From: Octopus vulgaris
Taxonomy: Eukaryota
Assembly (NCBI GenBank): GCA_951406725.2
Contig: OX597821.1
Span: 49,972,001-50,036,000, forward strand
Reading direction: 5' to 3'
DNA: 64,000 nt
In this document: positions 1 to 28,377 of the stretch, in pieces
Layout: the number at the start of each line of letters is the position of its first letter
How positions within the stretch are numbered: position 1 is the first letter of the stretch
Position numbers and translations under genes: made by a program
Notes under the pieces: generated by a model
Told to the model about the DNA's origin: nothing
The model's database searches: none
What the model saw: only the letters and a program-made list of their open reading frames with translations

Positions 1-514
1 AGTACTGGGCTTACAAAGAATAAGTCCCGGGTCGATTTGCTCGACTAAAGGCGGTGCTCCAGCATGGCCGCAGTCAAATGACTGAAACAAGTAAAAGAGT
101 AAAAGAGTAAAGAGTAAGAGTATATGCTTATTATACACGCACGTGCGGAGACACACACACACACGCACACACACACACACACGTATCTATAACTATATGT
201 ATCTGTGTGTGTATGTATATATTTATGTATCATGTGTGGGACCAAACGGATGTTGTTAAACATCGCTTCCATGTGACTTTACTACTCTGGTTTGGCAAGC
301 CGGTCAACATTCCCCCCTGATCGGTAAGCTAGTCCATCGCAGGGTTACCCATTTACAGCTGAGCGGGCTGAAGCAACGGGAAAAGGAAATGTTTTACTCA
401 AGAATACAACGCCCAACCAGTTTGAGAATCAAAACCACGATCTCATGACTGTGAGTGGAATACACCTAATCACTAGGCTACGCGCCTTTATTTATGGTCT
501 TATATATATATTTT

Positions 515-876
515 TATACGTTTCAGCGTTAAGGCTGTGGCTATGCTGGAGCACCACCAGTGTAATCGGCTTTTCATTGGCCAATCTTCTATGATTGGCT
601 TTTGGTGAAGGAGCGAGTTTGACACTTCAGTTCTCTTTTGAGTTTTCTGCCTTGATATCTGTTCATCTGGAACCTCGGATAGCAGGAGGTCAAATTGTTT
701 CTTTAAAACATCTACTCCTATTCCATAAAGATCCCTCAAATATTTTGGCAAGGCGTTAAATAGCTGTGGGCCCTTCAATCCCAAGCTATAGCAGAAAATG
801 GTCCTCACTCTAAACGGAATAGCTAGGATGTCGGAGTAATGTCAGAGGCTGGTATAACTTTCGATACCAAATTGGG
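515..876 (-). mobile_element. CR1/L2-like LINE 3' end fragment
   Basis: GPQLFNALPKYLRDL...LLSEVPDE C-terminal motif; homologous to 50080-50615. Confidence 0.75.
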
Positions 877-2118
877 TCATCCCATAAATAATGCGGTTTT
901 CTCAATTGCAAGAACTAAAATTCGGAGGGGGACGCCATAGACTACTTGCATCAACTTGCTATAAAAGCAGGTTGTAATTTTACCTTGACCTTATTCATAG
1001 TGCAAGTTTTGAAGAGAGCAGTTCGATTTTAAGTTATATTTTCAAAGCTAAAATGGAAGTGACAAAGCAACATATTCGATACATTTTGCTTTATGAGTTC
1101 AATAAAGGCAGCAACAGAATGGAAAGTGCGAGGAATATTAATACAGTATATGGGGATCGGACAATAAGCGTAAGCCAGTGACAACGGTGGTTCCAGAAAT
1201 TCCGAGCTAGAAACTACAGCCTAGAAGACAAGCCTCGTCCTGTAAGATATGTAGAGCTCGAAGAGGACGTCCTGCAAACCCATCATAACTTGAAAAACTA
1301 ACAGAGAAGCTTGGATTTGGTCATTGAACCATTTATCGACACCTGCGTGCCACCGAAAAAGACAACAAATTAGGTCAATGGGTTCCTCACAAACTTTCCA
1401 AGTCTAATCACGCGCAGAGAGTAAATGTGAGTACTTCTTTGCTGTTACGTCTCACGAATGAATCTTTTTTGAACCGAATAGTGATTGGTGACGAGAAATT
1501 GGTTCTCTATAAAAATATCAAGTGCCGAAGACAGTAGGTAGAGAAGGGAGAAACACCGGCAGTCCGGGCCAAAGAATGTCTTCATCTACGTAAGGTGTTG
1601 TTATTTGTTTGTTGGGATATGAAAGGTTTAGTCCACTTTGAACTTTTAAGCCAAACCAAACGATAACAAAGATCTACCGCGAGCAGTTTGAGCGGCTTAA
1701 ATCAGCGCCAGAAGGCAAATGACCATCTTTATTTTCAAGACGAAATGTGTTCTTCCATCAGGATAACGGTCACCTACATACTGCGAGGATAAGATTCCAA
1801 AGACTAAAGCGGTTTGAATGGAAAACGATGCCCCACCTACCATATTCGCCGGACATTGCCCCATCTGATTATCATTTGTTCTGCAATCTTCAAAATCATT
1901 TCGACGGAGAAAATATGAATTCTGTAGATGAGATCAGAGCAATACTGGAGGAATATTTTTCGTCACGGACAAGTGAATTTTGGAAGAGAGGCCTTGCAAG
2001 TCTACCAGATAGATGGAAGAGCATTGTAGAAAATGAAGGAGGGTATATTTTAGATTAAAAATGAACTTAATTTTGAAAAATAAAAGTATAAAAAAACTGC
2101 ATTATTTATGGGATGAAT
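872..2118 (+). mobile_element. Tc1/mariner (mariner-type) transposon, full length, inactive
   Basis: TIRs tcatcccataaataatgc(g/a)gtttt at ~877-900 and ~2093-2116; ~1.25 kb; encloses the transposase pseudogene. Confidence 0.9.
1053..2058 (+). pseudogene. Mariner transposase pseudogene
   Basis: Starts MEVTKQHIRYILLYEFNKG; WVPHKL, GDEK, HQDN and YSPDIAPSDY motifs; several stops and frameshifts. Confidence 0.9.
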
Positions 2119-2329
2119 ATATATATATATATATATATATATCATATCATATCATATCATATATCTCCGTGAATTTCAAACACACATATTCATTGATCTT
2201 CTCCGTGGCTTTAAATTTTCAAATAACTTCTCTTTCCCGACTGAAATTTCTTAGTTTACAATGTAATATCTCGTTTCTGTGTTAAGTATGAAAGTTGTGA
2301 TTCTGCATTGTTTTATTCTAAGTGTGCAT

Positions 2330-2373
<44 letters not shown>

Positions 2374-2374
2374 A

Positions 2375-2422
<48 letters not shown>

Positions 2423-2663
2423 TGTACATAATGTATTAACAAAGATCGGGGCCAAAGTATTACACTCTAATGCAGTAGCTTAATGTTGTAAAATACTCAA
2501 TTTAGACAAAAGATTTTCTTTTTTAGTGTACATAGAACCCCAAATATTTAAGCAGCAAATAATGACTTTCTCATTGTTTTAATTGCACACATACATACAT
2601 ACATACATAAACACACACACGCGTAAATACATACACACATACATACATACATACATACATACA

Positions 2664-2696
<33 letters not shown>

Positions 2697-3787
2697 GTAG
2701 ATATATGTATACATGTATGTATTTATATATGTGTGTATGTCTGTCTGTCTGTATGTATACATGCATATAAATATTACAATTCTATCACTATCATGACTGA
2801 TTTCTTTTTAGAAACTTAGCCATACGATCTGGTTTCAATTTATCGAAAACAGCTGATCAAAAAGCAGTTCAGCGAAAAAGCATTTGATCGAAATAATTGT
2901 TGTTTGAATCAGCAATCGAATTATTAGAAATATTTGAAATACGAAAAGTAGGCTAAAGGCAAAAAAAAAAGAAGTTATATTACCATGTTTCATTAAAATT
3001 TCTTTATTAAAATATGACACATACAAAAGCGTATGTGACATATTTATGTTTCACGTGATCATGTGATCCCGTGTCCGACCAGGCTATCAGATTTTGTTGC
3101 ACATCGCTGGTCACAATGCACATTTGCATTGCTTTAGCCTTCAAATGCCGCCACCCCGCTGGCTAGGCAAGCAGGACAACATTCTCACCTGATCGAATGG
3201 GGGACTGAAGCAACATAAAATGAAATGTTTTGCTCAAGAACACAACGCGCCGCCCTGTCAGGGAATCTAACCCACGATCTAGCGATCGTGAGCGCAACAG
3301 CCTTACCACTAGGCCACTCGTTTAAAATCGTAGGTTTACAATCTGAAAATCAGGGTAGGTTATATCAATGTCTCTTTATGGCCTTTATCAAAAGTGGTTC
3401 AAAATTTGTGGTAATCGAATCGAAATTTGAAAATGGTGTTCATATTGTTACTGTACAACCACATTAGTAGTTTAACAGGATTGAAGGGTTATTAAATACT
3501 ACACAAAAATATTCGACTCTATTAGTTTAATTATGAAATCAATCAGTGAACTTTTTAAGGCATTTTGAAGAATTCCGATAATTTAGCACTTCACTCAACT
3601 GATGTTTGTTTCTTTTTTTAAACAAAAGAAATTATAGCTTTTTTTATAAAGAAATTATTTTAATGTTTGTTGTAATTTGATTAATTGTTAGATCGAGCAA
3701 ATATTAATTAAATTAATTTTTCATTCGGTGAACCGTTTCCAATAGATTGTATTTCGATCAACTTTTTACATACGTAGATATACCTAC

Positions 3788-17324
<13,537 letters not shown>

Positions 17325-17957
17325 GGTCAGAAGCCGTTTAAGCGGTAACACATTCAGAGCCCAGTATAAATTCTAACTCAAGATGGCTACCCAACAGAAC
17401 GCTCTATTACGTGGCAGACGTTCTCCTTACAGTTGTATGTATTATTGATTGGTAAAGATAGTTGTCATGCTTTTCTTTTTCTACTTTGATTTGTTTTTTT
17501 TTGTTTTTTTTATGTATTTCTTTATAATTCGATCTTCTCTATGTGACAGCTGTTCCGAATCCTTGTCATAGATAGGAAGCTTGTTGTACAGTAGATAACA
17601 ATGAAATGTTTAAGTAGTTGTAGATGAATATCATGAACACAACCACAGGAAGATTAACTAACAGGAATAACGGCAGTAACAAGGACCAAGACAACAATAA
17701 CAACGACATGACTTTCTTTAAGGTAGAAAATAAATTCCCCCGGATTTATAAAGAGAGGATGGCCATACCTTACAAAAAAAAACATTAAATGACTTGCAAT
17801 GTTGTCTATGCCCTTCCTCAAAATATTAGTGACGCGCTTAAACATGGCTGCTTGCTTAAAAAGGTCATTTGTCAAGCACATTGTTCTGGTTTTGCGCCAA
17901 ATGCACTGTATCTTGCGCAAATGGTTTTCTGAGAGGGCAATTCTTTGTGAACAGAAT

Positions 17958-18180
17958 TTATGGCAGAATCGTTAGCACGCCGGGCGAAATGCTTATCGGT
18001 ATTTCGTCTGCCGCTACGTTCTGAGTTCAAATTCCGCCGAGGTCGACTTTGCCTTTCATCCTTTCGGGGTCGATTAAATAAGTACCAGTTACGTACTGGG
18101 GTCGATATAATCGACTTAATCTGTTTGTCTGTCGTTGTTTGTCCTCTCTGTGTTTAGCCCCTTGTGGGTAGTAAAGAAAG
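17958..18180 (+). mobile_element. tRNA-derived SINE family A
   Basis: Same head and core as other copies at ~20220-20395, 20550-20760, 22060-22490, 25185-25400, 32800-32915, 33465-33640, 35480-35680, 36430-36860, 51670-51845, 54143-54345, 58763-58937, 61515-62008. Confidence 0.85.
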
Positions 18181-18197
18181 AGATAACTGTTTCAAAA

Positions 18198-18242
<45 letters not shown>

Positions 18243-19014
18243 TACATACACACACGCACAAAGATATATATATATATGTATGTGTGTCTGTGTGCATGTG
18301 TGAATGAGTGTGTGTTTGTGACCGCATGTGAGCGAGTGAGTGTGGGCGTCTCTGTGTGTGATACTTAACAGATACATCACGGATAACCAAATAACTGTAG
18401 TATTCGTCTCGAGATAATGTATCCTATAGACGCAGCAGGCGGAAAGCGTCCAGCAGCGGTGAATATTTCTGCCTCCGGGTTTTGTTTTATAGCAAGTACC
18501 CACTGGAAATTGCATGCTAAGATAGAATACGTCACCGCTGGTATAGATAAAAGAAATAATTGAAAAAGCACTCAGGTTGCAATAAACTGACCAACTGAAT
18601 AAAAACTTCTTAAATGCAACAGAAACATTACGTAAAGCCAAATAATTCAGTATTCATCTTATATCGCTTATAGACGTACAATGTTAAATACGGCAAAGAT
18701 ATATCAGTAGTAGGCGGAAATCGTCCAGCAGCGTCAGTTTTATTGCTAGATGGGCAATGTTAGTAATGTAACCGCATGTGAGCCGTTGGCGATTTTCCTT
18801 CTTCTTCTTTTAACTTTTTCCTTTCTCTTTTCCGACTAAGAGCCATGCTCGAAACGTTTGATTCTATCTCCTTTCACCGAGCGTCAAACTAATATAATTA
18901 TTGTGCACGTCCTCGCGTCCGTTTTTTTTTACTATTTTCGTTTTTTTTTCTCTTTTCGCTTTTTTCTTGTTTAGCTTTTAATTCGCTTTTTTTAATCGTT
19001 TGTTCATTGAATTG

Positions 19015-19078
<64 letters not shown>

Positions 19079-19147
19079 CAATTATATTATATATATATAT
19101 ATATATATATAATATGTGTGTGTGTGTATGTGTAGATATAATTATAG

Positions 19148-19178
<31 letters not shown>

Positions 19179-19541
19179 TGTATGTATGTATGTATGTATG
19201 TATGAGAGATATAAATATGGATGTGACTAGTTCCAGTTTGTGTGGGTAAAGAAATGAAGGAAATGAAGAGAGGGAACAAAAAGTAATTAATTATTATTTA
19301 AAAACTTTAGTTTACACAATTAAATGTAAATTGACTTTATAATTCATATTTTGTTTATATCTGTAGTCATAAACATGTATGTTTCTACGTAGTTAGACCT
19401 TATCAGTATGAATTAGTAGATTGATATTTCAGTTGTGATGTATATTTCAAATTAGTCTTCATTATGGATTAAAAGAGAGAAAAAACGAAAAGAAAGAAAG
19501 AAAGGAAAAGGGAAAGAAGGAAAAAGGAAAAAAGGAAAAAT

Positions 19542-19574
<33 letters not shown>

Positions 19575-21408
19575 AAAATAACGAGATATAATGTTGGAAT
19601 TGCTGAGTTCATGTTTCTTCATCTATTAAGACCAACACATCTTTAGAAGTTTAGATTCGGGTAGTATAGAAGATATACTTTTACAGTCTTTTTTTCACTT
19701 TTAGCTATTTTCTCTTTTTTGTTTAAATATGTTCTATGTCCTATGTGTGAGCAGGATCAACATGTAATTTGAATTCTAACATAGATTTATGACCACAATT
19801 TCGTTTTTAGTCTACATCCTATGGCCATCGACGTGTGTTCGAATTTCTTTCGATACCTGTTACTTATCTTCTCACAAGGGCAGTTTTCTCTGCGTGTGTC
19901 CTTGTACAATCCCACTCTCTAAACTGCACCTTCACTCTCTGTATGTATGTGGTGTATGTGTGTATGTATTTTGTGTGTATGTATTGTGTGTGTGCGTGTG
20001 TGTATGTGTGTTAAATAACTTTTCTACACCTGATATTTACACAACATAATCTAAATAGGCCTAAAATATTCTGAAAATAGATGATATACAAAAATAAATA
20101 AATAAATAAATAAGTCAAAATAAAAGACAGAAAACGGTATCTTTTTCGTTCCACGAGGATTTAATCTTCGAAAGATGAACTTATTCTCGGCAGAGGAAGA
20201 AACATGGATTGAGAATTCCTAATATGGGTCTCAAATTTTGGTACAAGGCCAGCAATTTCGGTGAAGATGTTAAGTCCAAAGGATGAAAGGCAAAGTCGAC
20301 CTCAGCAGAATTTGAATTAAAAATGTAAATACGGACGAAATGCCGCTAAGTAATTTTCTCGGTGTGCTAACGATTCTGCCAGCTCACCGCCCTGAGAACT
20401 CCCAATATTGATTTCATATTTTTACTGAAGGCTTAGCAATTTCGAAGAAGGGAGTAAGTCGATTACGTGAACCTTAGTACTCAACTGGTATTTATTTTAT
20501 CGACCCCGAAAAGACGAAAAAATTCTTAATATTATTGATAATTCTAAAGCAACGAGCTGGCAGGATCGTTAGCCCACCGGGTAAAAAGGCTTAGCGGTAT
20601 TTCGTCTGTTTTTGCGTTCTAGGTTCATATTCCGCCGAGGCCGACTTTGCCTTTCACTCATTTGGGGGTTGATAAAATAAGTACCAGTCGAAAACTGGGG
20701 TCGATATAATCGACTACCACCCTCCCAAAATTCTTGGCCTTGTGCCAAATTTTGAAACCAATATTAGTGATATTTCTAAGTCGGCGAACTGATAGCATCG
20801 TTACCACGCCAGGCAACATATTTAGCGGTTCTTTATGTTTTGAGTTCAAATGCCGCCGAGATCGTCTGCGCTTTTCATTCTTTTCGGGATTGATATAAAT
20901 ACCTATTGGACACCGAAGTCAATGTAAGCAACTTACCCCTTCTCTCAAAATTGCTGACCTTGTGTCAAAATTAAAAAGCATTTAATTGCTATTTCTCTTT
21001 TTTTTCAATTCGGTCCCATTCTTTACCTAATTTAGAATAAATGAAGACAGTAACATCAGGAAATCCTTCTGAGGTATCTATATGTTAGCCCATGCAAAAG
21101 GATGTTACTAGTTACGGATATAGAAAAAATACGAATTAATAAAGATATTTAGATTTGTGTAAATGAATAATTTTCTGTGTCATTTCTTCAGATCTATCAC
21201 TCGTTTCCATTGAGACAAAAATAGAATTACCTCGCAAAAATATATTAGACTAGTAAGGAGATTGAATGGTAAAGGGGTATGAAGGAAAGTCTTTTGGATG
21301 TGGAATGTAAAATAAAAGATTAAACCACGAATAATTGTTACAAATCGCCTTTAGAAATTCTGCACATTAGCAAGACATGTGCAGCGAAAAGAAATAGTTG
21401 ATACCAAG

Positions 21409-21440
<32 letters not shown>

Positions 21441-23929
21441 ATATATTATATGATAACTGCAGCTCGGTTTCGAACCGTGTCATTGCTTGATTGTTCTCTT
21501 AAATCAACACGTACGTGGCTTTTCAGTCTTGCTAGGTACATACACTCTTTTGCATGAATGTGTCAATGATCGGTGTCGCTTGTGCAGGTGTTCAGAGAAT
21601 TGCCACCCACGTTCTCAACGCTTTCATTCCTTCATGGGGTTTTTCATTAAGTATATGTATGTTTATATTTCGCAACGCAATAACATAGATGTTAAAAATC
21701 ACCCGATGTCCGTGTCTGAAGCATTTTTAGAGTGACGAAAAGCCTTGAACAGAGCCAATCCCACTCTCTGAACTGCACCTTTACTCTCTGAACTGCGCCA
21801 AAAGAACTAATCGACTTCCTTGAATGCAACAAAGTCACAGATATTACATGAGGGTTTTCGTTCTCCTGGAGAGATATCTAAATAAAAAAAATTGGGGGTT
21901 TTCGCACTCCGCAGTGTGGGATGGCCGATGATTCTACCGAGTTAGTCTGCTTTTTTGACTGGTTTTGCTTTGCGTCCTGCAGGGTACCCAAAGAAAACAC
22001 CTCTCCTTACGAAGCAGGCTTTATGGTATTCTCATTTTACATATGCAGTACCCATCATATTTCAAGTTTTGGCACAAGGCCAGCGATCTTAGAGGCGGGT
22101 ATTAGTTGATTACATCGACCCCAGTATTTAAGTGGTATTTGTCTTACTCATTCCAAGAGGTAAAAGGAAAAGTCGATCTCGGTGGAATTTGAACTCAGAA
22201 CGTATAGAGCTGGAAGAAATGCCAGTAAGCAACGATTCTGCTGGGTTGCCGTCTTCATACGTAGTATACATAATAATAATGGTTTCAATTTTTGGCACAA
22301 GACCACCAAGTTCGGAGGAGGGGTAGGTCGATTACATCAACCCTATTGCTCAACTGGTACTTATTTTATTGACCCCTAAAGGATAAAAGGCAAAGTCGAC
22401 CTCAGTAGAATTTAAACTCAGAACGTAAAACGAACGAAATGCCACTAAGTATTTGACCCGGCGTGCTGACGATACCACCGGATTGCCGCCTTCATATACA
22501 GTATACACCATTCTACACAAACATTTTATATAAAATTCATTTTGTTTAATCGGTCTAGACGCTGACTCATTCGGAAAATAAGAATCTAATGAAAGAGACG
22601 TAGTATTAAATCACACGCAAATGAATCATTTATTGTGACGATTTGTGAAATTGCACGTGCGTTTGCGGATAAGATCAAGGTTAAACTTACAAATCATAGA
22701 ATGGTCATTTGATTTAGATTCTTTGTAAACCGGATATACTTCAGGAACTTACTTAGCTTTTAGGTTAAATGACACCTAAGGTTATTACATCAAATATTTG
22801 AACGGAATTTATGAACAAGATTACGTATATAACTCAGCCGTCGTTTTTTCATTCGTCGTTTATTTTTCAAAGGTATAACTCACGTCATTGCATCATGATG
22901 TGGGGGTAGCAGTGTTGTTGCTGTCGTAGTGGTGGTAATGGTGATGGTGATGGTGGTATTAGAGATAGCAGAGGCGATGGTGTTGAGGGTAGCAGTGGTG
23001 GTAATGTTGGTAATAGTGGTATTGTGGTGGTGTTGTGGGGGTGTTGATGGTGGATACCGAGGTGAGAGTAGGGACAGGAAGATTATAGCTATTGCTGTTG
23101 TTGAGTAGGCGGTTTACAAACGCTTTCCAACTGTGATCATTCCATCTTTTACTCAGCTATAGTGTGTCTTAGGCCGCATTATCCAACGTCTTCTTCCTTC
23201 GGTTAAAGGGTGTGATTAGAGAGAGCTCGCAACTATACAGAAATAGGGGTGATGGTGATGATGGTAGCTATATATGATGTTGATGTTGCTTTGAACAGAC
23301 AGACAGATGTATGATCAAAAGTTTTCCAAATGTGGCCATCTTGTCTTTTCTTTTCTATTTATGCATAGTGTATATAGAACTGCATCATCTAAGTCATCAC
23401 AGTACGAGTTTTAGTTGCTATTTTTAGCACTTCGATCAACGAGCTAGAGGAGGATTTATTGTGGGTTTAAAGTGGATCATTCTAACAACGCTGGTAGAAA
23501 TGATGATGAGGAGGAGGATGAAGAGGAGGAGGAGGAGGAGGAGGAGATGAGGGACGACGTCAACGACAATAATGAGGAGGAGGAGGTGGAGGTGGAGATG
23601 AAAGACGACAACAATGACAATGATGATGTTGAAGATGATGATGATGATGGCTAAAATGGTCATCATAGTTACCACAGTGGTAAGAGTCAGATGGTGTGAT
23701 CAACATCATCCATGGGAGGATCACTTGAGAACATTCGAACTCAATGCTGTGAATTAGCGCAGTCGTTAGAGCGTCAGATAGAATGTATTGTGATGTTCGT
23801 TTCGCCTCTCTACTCAATGAGTTCCAGTTAAGCCGAGATCAACTTTGCCTTTCATTGCTCCTGTGTCGATAAAATAAAAGAACCAGTTCGCGGCGGTGGA
23901 TTGGCGGAGCCGCTATAGTATCAGACGTA

Positions 23930-24480
23930 CGACCGCCACCACCACCACCACCACCATCATCATCTTCGTCATTATCACAACCACCACTATCACCAATACC
24001 ACCTCAACCACCACCAACACCATCATCATCATTATCATCATCATCGTTACCACCATCATGATCTTCGTCATTATCGCAACCACCACTATCGCCAATACCA
24101 CCTCAAGCACCACCACCAGCACCGTCATCATCATTATCATCATCATCGTTACCACCATCGCCACCATCATTTTCTTCGTCATTATCACAACCACCACGAT
24201 GATCAACATCGCCACCAACACCATCATCATTATTATCATCATCATTGTTACAACCACCACCATCACCATCATCATCATAGTCATTATCACAACCACCACT
24301 TTCACCAATACCACCTCAACCACCACCAGCACTATAATCATCATTATCATCATCATCGTTACCACCATCACCACCATCATTATCTTCGTCATCATCACAA
24401 CCACCACTATGATCAACATCGCCACTAACACCACCAGCAGCAGAGCCATCATCAGCACCAGTATATCTACCAGCGTTGCC
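23930..24480. repeat. Minisatellite of ~85-100-bp units built from CAT/CAC triplets
   Basis: The motif (ttc)gtcattatcacaaccaccact recurs about 5 times. Confidence 0.8.
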
Positions 24481-25493
24481 AGAACGATTAACATCAACCC
24501 ATACTATATTTTCCCCTAGTTCTCAACCGGAGGCCATTTGAACCCTGGAGATTCATATTTGATTTAGTTAGTTGTTAAAATAAATGTGCAACGAATTGGT
24601 TATGCCTCTATATTGCTCATAGTCGCATTGCTTTTCAAGGGTGTACTCACGATCACAAGGGTACTGTACTTATGATCACAAAGTCGTATCGCTTTTCAAG
24701 GGTGGTGTACAGAAGGCAAACTTGTATGTATGAGCAAATGTTGATCATCCAAAAAACGAAAAGCTTACCCGGGCCTACTTCTTGGAAGCAAACTTTGGAG
24801 TTGCGGTTACTGCAGCCATATATATAGAACAGACGGCAATGAACATTTACTGCAAGCTAACGATACATTTTTTAAAAAACTATGTCCAGACTTGACTGTG
24901 TAGTAAGAAGTTTTCTTCCCAGTAACATGATTTAGTCCCACTACGTGGCACCTTGAGCAAGTATTTTCTTCTATAGACTCTGGCCGACTAAATCCTTGTG
25001 AATAGACTTGGTTTCCTTGGCGCATAAGTGACTAAAATAACAACATCCCCATTGAACGAGACGCTAGTCCGTCACAGGTTTACCCATTTACAGCTGAGTT
25101 CACTGGAGCAACGTGAAGTGTTTTATGCTTAAGAACATTGCACACAGCTTGTTACGGGAATCGAAACCACGATCATGAGCACAGTATTGGTTTCAAATTT
25201 TTGCACAAGGCCAGCAATTTTGACTGAGGAGTAAATCAAATACTTTGACTCCAGTGCTCAACTAATATCTATTTCATCAACCCCGAAAAGATGAAAGGCA
25301 AAGTTGACCTCGACTGAATTTGAACTCATAACGTAAAGACGGACGAAATGCCACTAAGAATTTTGCCCGGCGTGCTAACGATTCTGCCAACTCGCTGCCC
25401 TATTAACTCTTATTAATGGCCATTGACTTCGTTCTTTTGAAATATTTTGCTTTGGATTGTTGATGGAGACCCAAGCGCGGTAAGGCCCTACAT

Positions 25494-25799
25494 AGTTTGT
25501 TTGTTTCTTCTCGAGCCATGCCTGGCTCATAGGGCCGGTTTCCTGGTTTCCTTGGCGTATAGGTTCCCCACATGGACGGGACGCCGGTCCGTCGCAGATG
25601 AGCTGCAAGATGCAGGAGGAAAGAGTGAGAGAAAGTTGTGTCGAAAGAGTCAGCAGAAGTTCGCCATTACCTTCTGCCGGAGCCGCGTGGAGCTTAGGTG
25701 ATTCACTCATAAACACACACATCGACCGGTCTGAGATTCGAACCCGCGATTCCTCGACCGCGATTCCGCTGCTCTAACCACTAGACCATGTGCCTCCAC
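25494..25799 (-). mobile_element. tRNA(Arg)-like-headed SINE, possibly an octopus OR-type SINE
   Basis: Head gtggaggcacatggtctagtggttagagc...gggttcgaatc; TSD ccctacat at 25486-25493 and 25800-25807; a head fragment also at ~4063-4110 (+). Confidence 0.8.
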
Positions 25800-26593
25800 C
25801 CCTACATTATTTAGAGCAATTCAATCAACTAACCACGCTCTAGATATATAATCATGCAATTTTTACTTTCAAAGTAATATAATCATATAGCTTAGAAGAC
25901 ATAATTTCAGCACTTATAAGGACTTAGAAAAAAACAAAAAAAAACAAACAAAGAAAATGAGTATAAACTTTATGATGTATTTGAATGGAGCTACAGGTGT
26001 AAATAACGCCAGATATCATACTTTCAATAAAAACATTCCTTTCTAACAAAAGATTCTGCTTGTTTGAATGATTATGCTTTTCATCATAACAGATTCATTT
26101 ATATCTGTAATCAAATTTTCGTATTTATTATCTTCCAGACACAGAGCGTATTTATATATAAGTAACAATTCAAGGACAGACGTCAATTCATGAATTGACA
26201 CTTGTGCTTTAATTGTCACTTATTTCTGAACATGGCCTTCGCAAATTCTGAAGTATATTTAATAAAATGTATATGTCTGAATAGCTCACGAGCGGATTAT
26301 ATACTCAGCTGGGTCAAATTGTCTGCATGCACTACAGGAATATAATTCTGCTGGTACCTGTGTACCAAAGTTGATATTTACACAATATTGTTGTGTGTAA
26401 ATTATTCTGAGTTAACGAGGTGCCTCAACTTAAGTATCTAGTTCAACTGAATCTCATATGTGTGTGTGTGTGTGTGTAAATATATATACACGCACGCGCA
26501 CGCACACACACACAGAGTAAGACAGAGAGAGGAAAGGAGACTGAAATAAGAGATGGATAGACAAACAGACAGACAGACATTCAGATAGATAGG

Positions 26594-26644
<51 letters not shown>

Positions 26645-26904
26645 CGTGTGTATACATCTATGAATATATACGCACGTGTGTGCAAAGTAAATAGACACAA
26701 ACAATAACAAACAAAATATATATGTAATAATGACAACAAGTATATTATATCAAGTTATGCGTTTTTATTTCATGATTTTATTCTTTAGTTTTTAAGAAAT
26801 CAACCAATTGTTATATTTATTTTTCCATTTTTTTTCATATTTTTTCTTTTTTACATCTTAAAAATTACATACATAAAATCATGCCAACATATACACATGC
26901 ATCA

Positions 26905-26957
<53 letters not shown>

Positions 26958-27267
26958 CAACGGTCTAATGAGACGGAAGGTTGCGGATTTCTTCTCTTTA
27001 TCGAAGAATGATATATTCCACGTTTGGCAACCAAGGTTGTCGAGTGTGCAAAACAGAATGCAAGAGGTATGGAATGGTATATGGAATATCCGGGCTACAC
27101 ATGTTTCATAGCGATTAGAACCTTAGAAGTGGTAAAATCGAAGTGAGGTGTATGCCGCCAGCTAATCTTCAGGACAAGAATATTTTGATTAGATTAAAGG
27201 TTACATTGTCGCAAGGAGATACATGTTGATGCAAAGAGGATTCAGATTTTCCATACTCCATTGTATG

Positions 27268-27327
<60 letters not shown>

Positions 27328-27427
27328 TAAATTAGAGACAAAATATAATATTTTACTATAAAATTGGATTCAATCCTAAATCTGATTTTTCCCTGTAAAT
27401 TTGGATTTATTCCCTAATATTTATTAT

Positions 27428-27546
<119 letters not shown>

Positions 27547-28099
27547 TATACATATATATATATATACAAATATATGTATATATATATATATATATACATA
27601 TATATGCATGTGTGTATGCAAATATAAGCACCTTTACACGCCCACCCACTCACATATATATTCACTATGCGTGTGAGTGTATGTGTGTTTGTGCGAGCGT
27701 GTGTGTGTGTATAAATGCATGTGTATATTTAAATAATTGTATGTGTGTGTCGATATCGTTGTGCATTTTTTCCTTTTCTTTTCTTTTTCTCATGAGCACA
27801 TTAAAACTTTAACATAGACTTATTAATATATGTACATATATTTTGCTGATGCACGAATAGCTGTTATAATGATCCAAATATGCCTTAAAATATATACAAA
27901 GCACGCATGCGAACATCATAAACACACATATATATGTATACAAACACACAAATACACGCATACAAAGATATACAGATACACATGTAGAAGATAAGTGCCT
28001 ATACAAATTATATTTTGTGAGATTGCCTCTTCTGAAAACAATGTGCAACTTTGCATTTCTTTCTCAGTATGAAATAGGTGTACTAAACTTAATTATGTC

Positions 28100-28150
<51 letters not shown>

Positions 28151-28243
28151 GGAGAATTCACGAAAAAAAAAAACGAAACACGAAGACAGGTGCTGTAGAA
28201 AACAAACAGATATATCAGTATAACGCTTGGGAATTGAAAAAGT

Positions 28244-28279
28244 CTTTTACGTTTCGAGCCTACGCTCTTCCACAGAAAC
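28244..28279 (-). ncRNA. Hammerhead-like motif, same family as 57398-57433
   Basis: UUU CUGUGGA A GAGC GUAG GCUC GAAAC GUA^ AAA. Confidence 0.5.
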
Positions 28280-28327
28280 GAACACAGAAAGAAACAAGGA
28301 GAGAAAACATGTTTGTAGTGGCTACCA

Positions 28328-28377
<50 letters not shown>

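Noticed and set aside
17365-17390. TATAAA and caagatggc near CIB exon 1 as promoter elements
   Set aside because: The TATA is on the opposite strand to the gene, and short motifs are expected by chance; the TSS is unknown.
18310-18790. Locally duplicated motifs (ggcggaaa.cgtccagcagcg; accgcatgtgagc)
   Set aside because: Probably internal repeats of an old DNA element; no ends or function identifiable.
23896-24519. Mucin-like or membrane-protein ORFs on both strands
   Set aside because: Triplet minisatellite artefact; no splice context.
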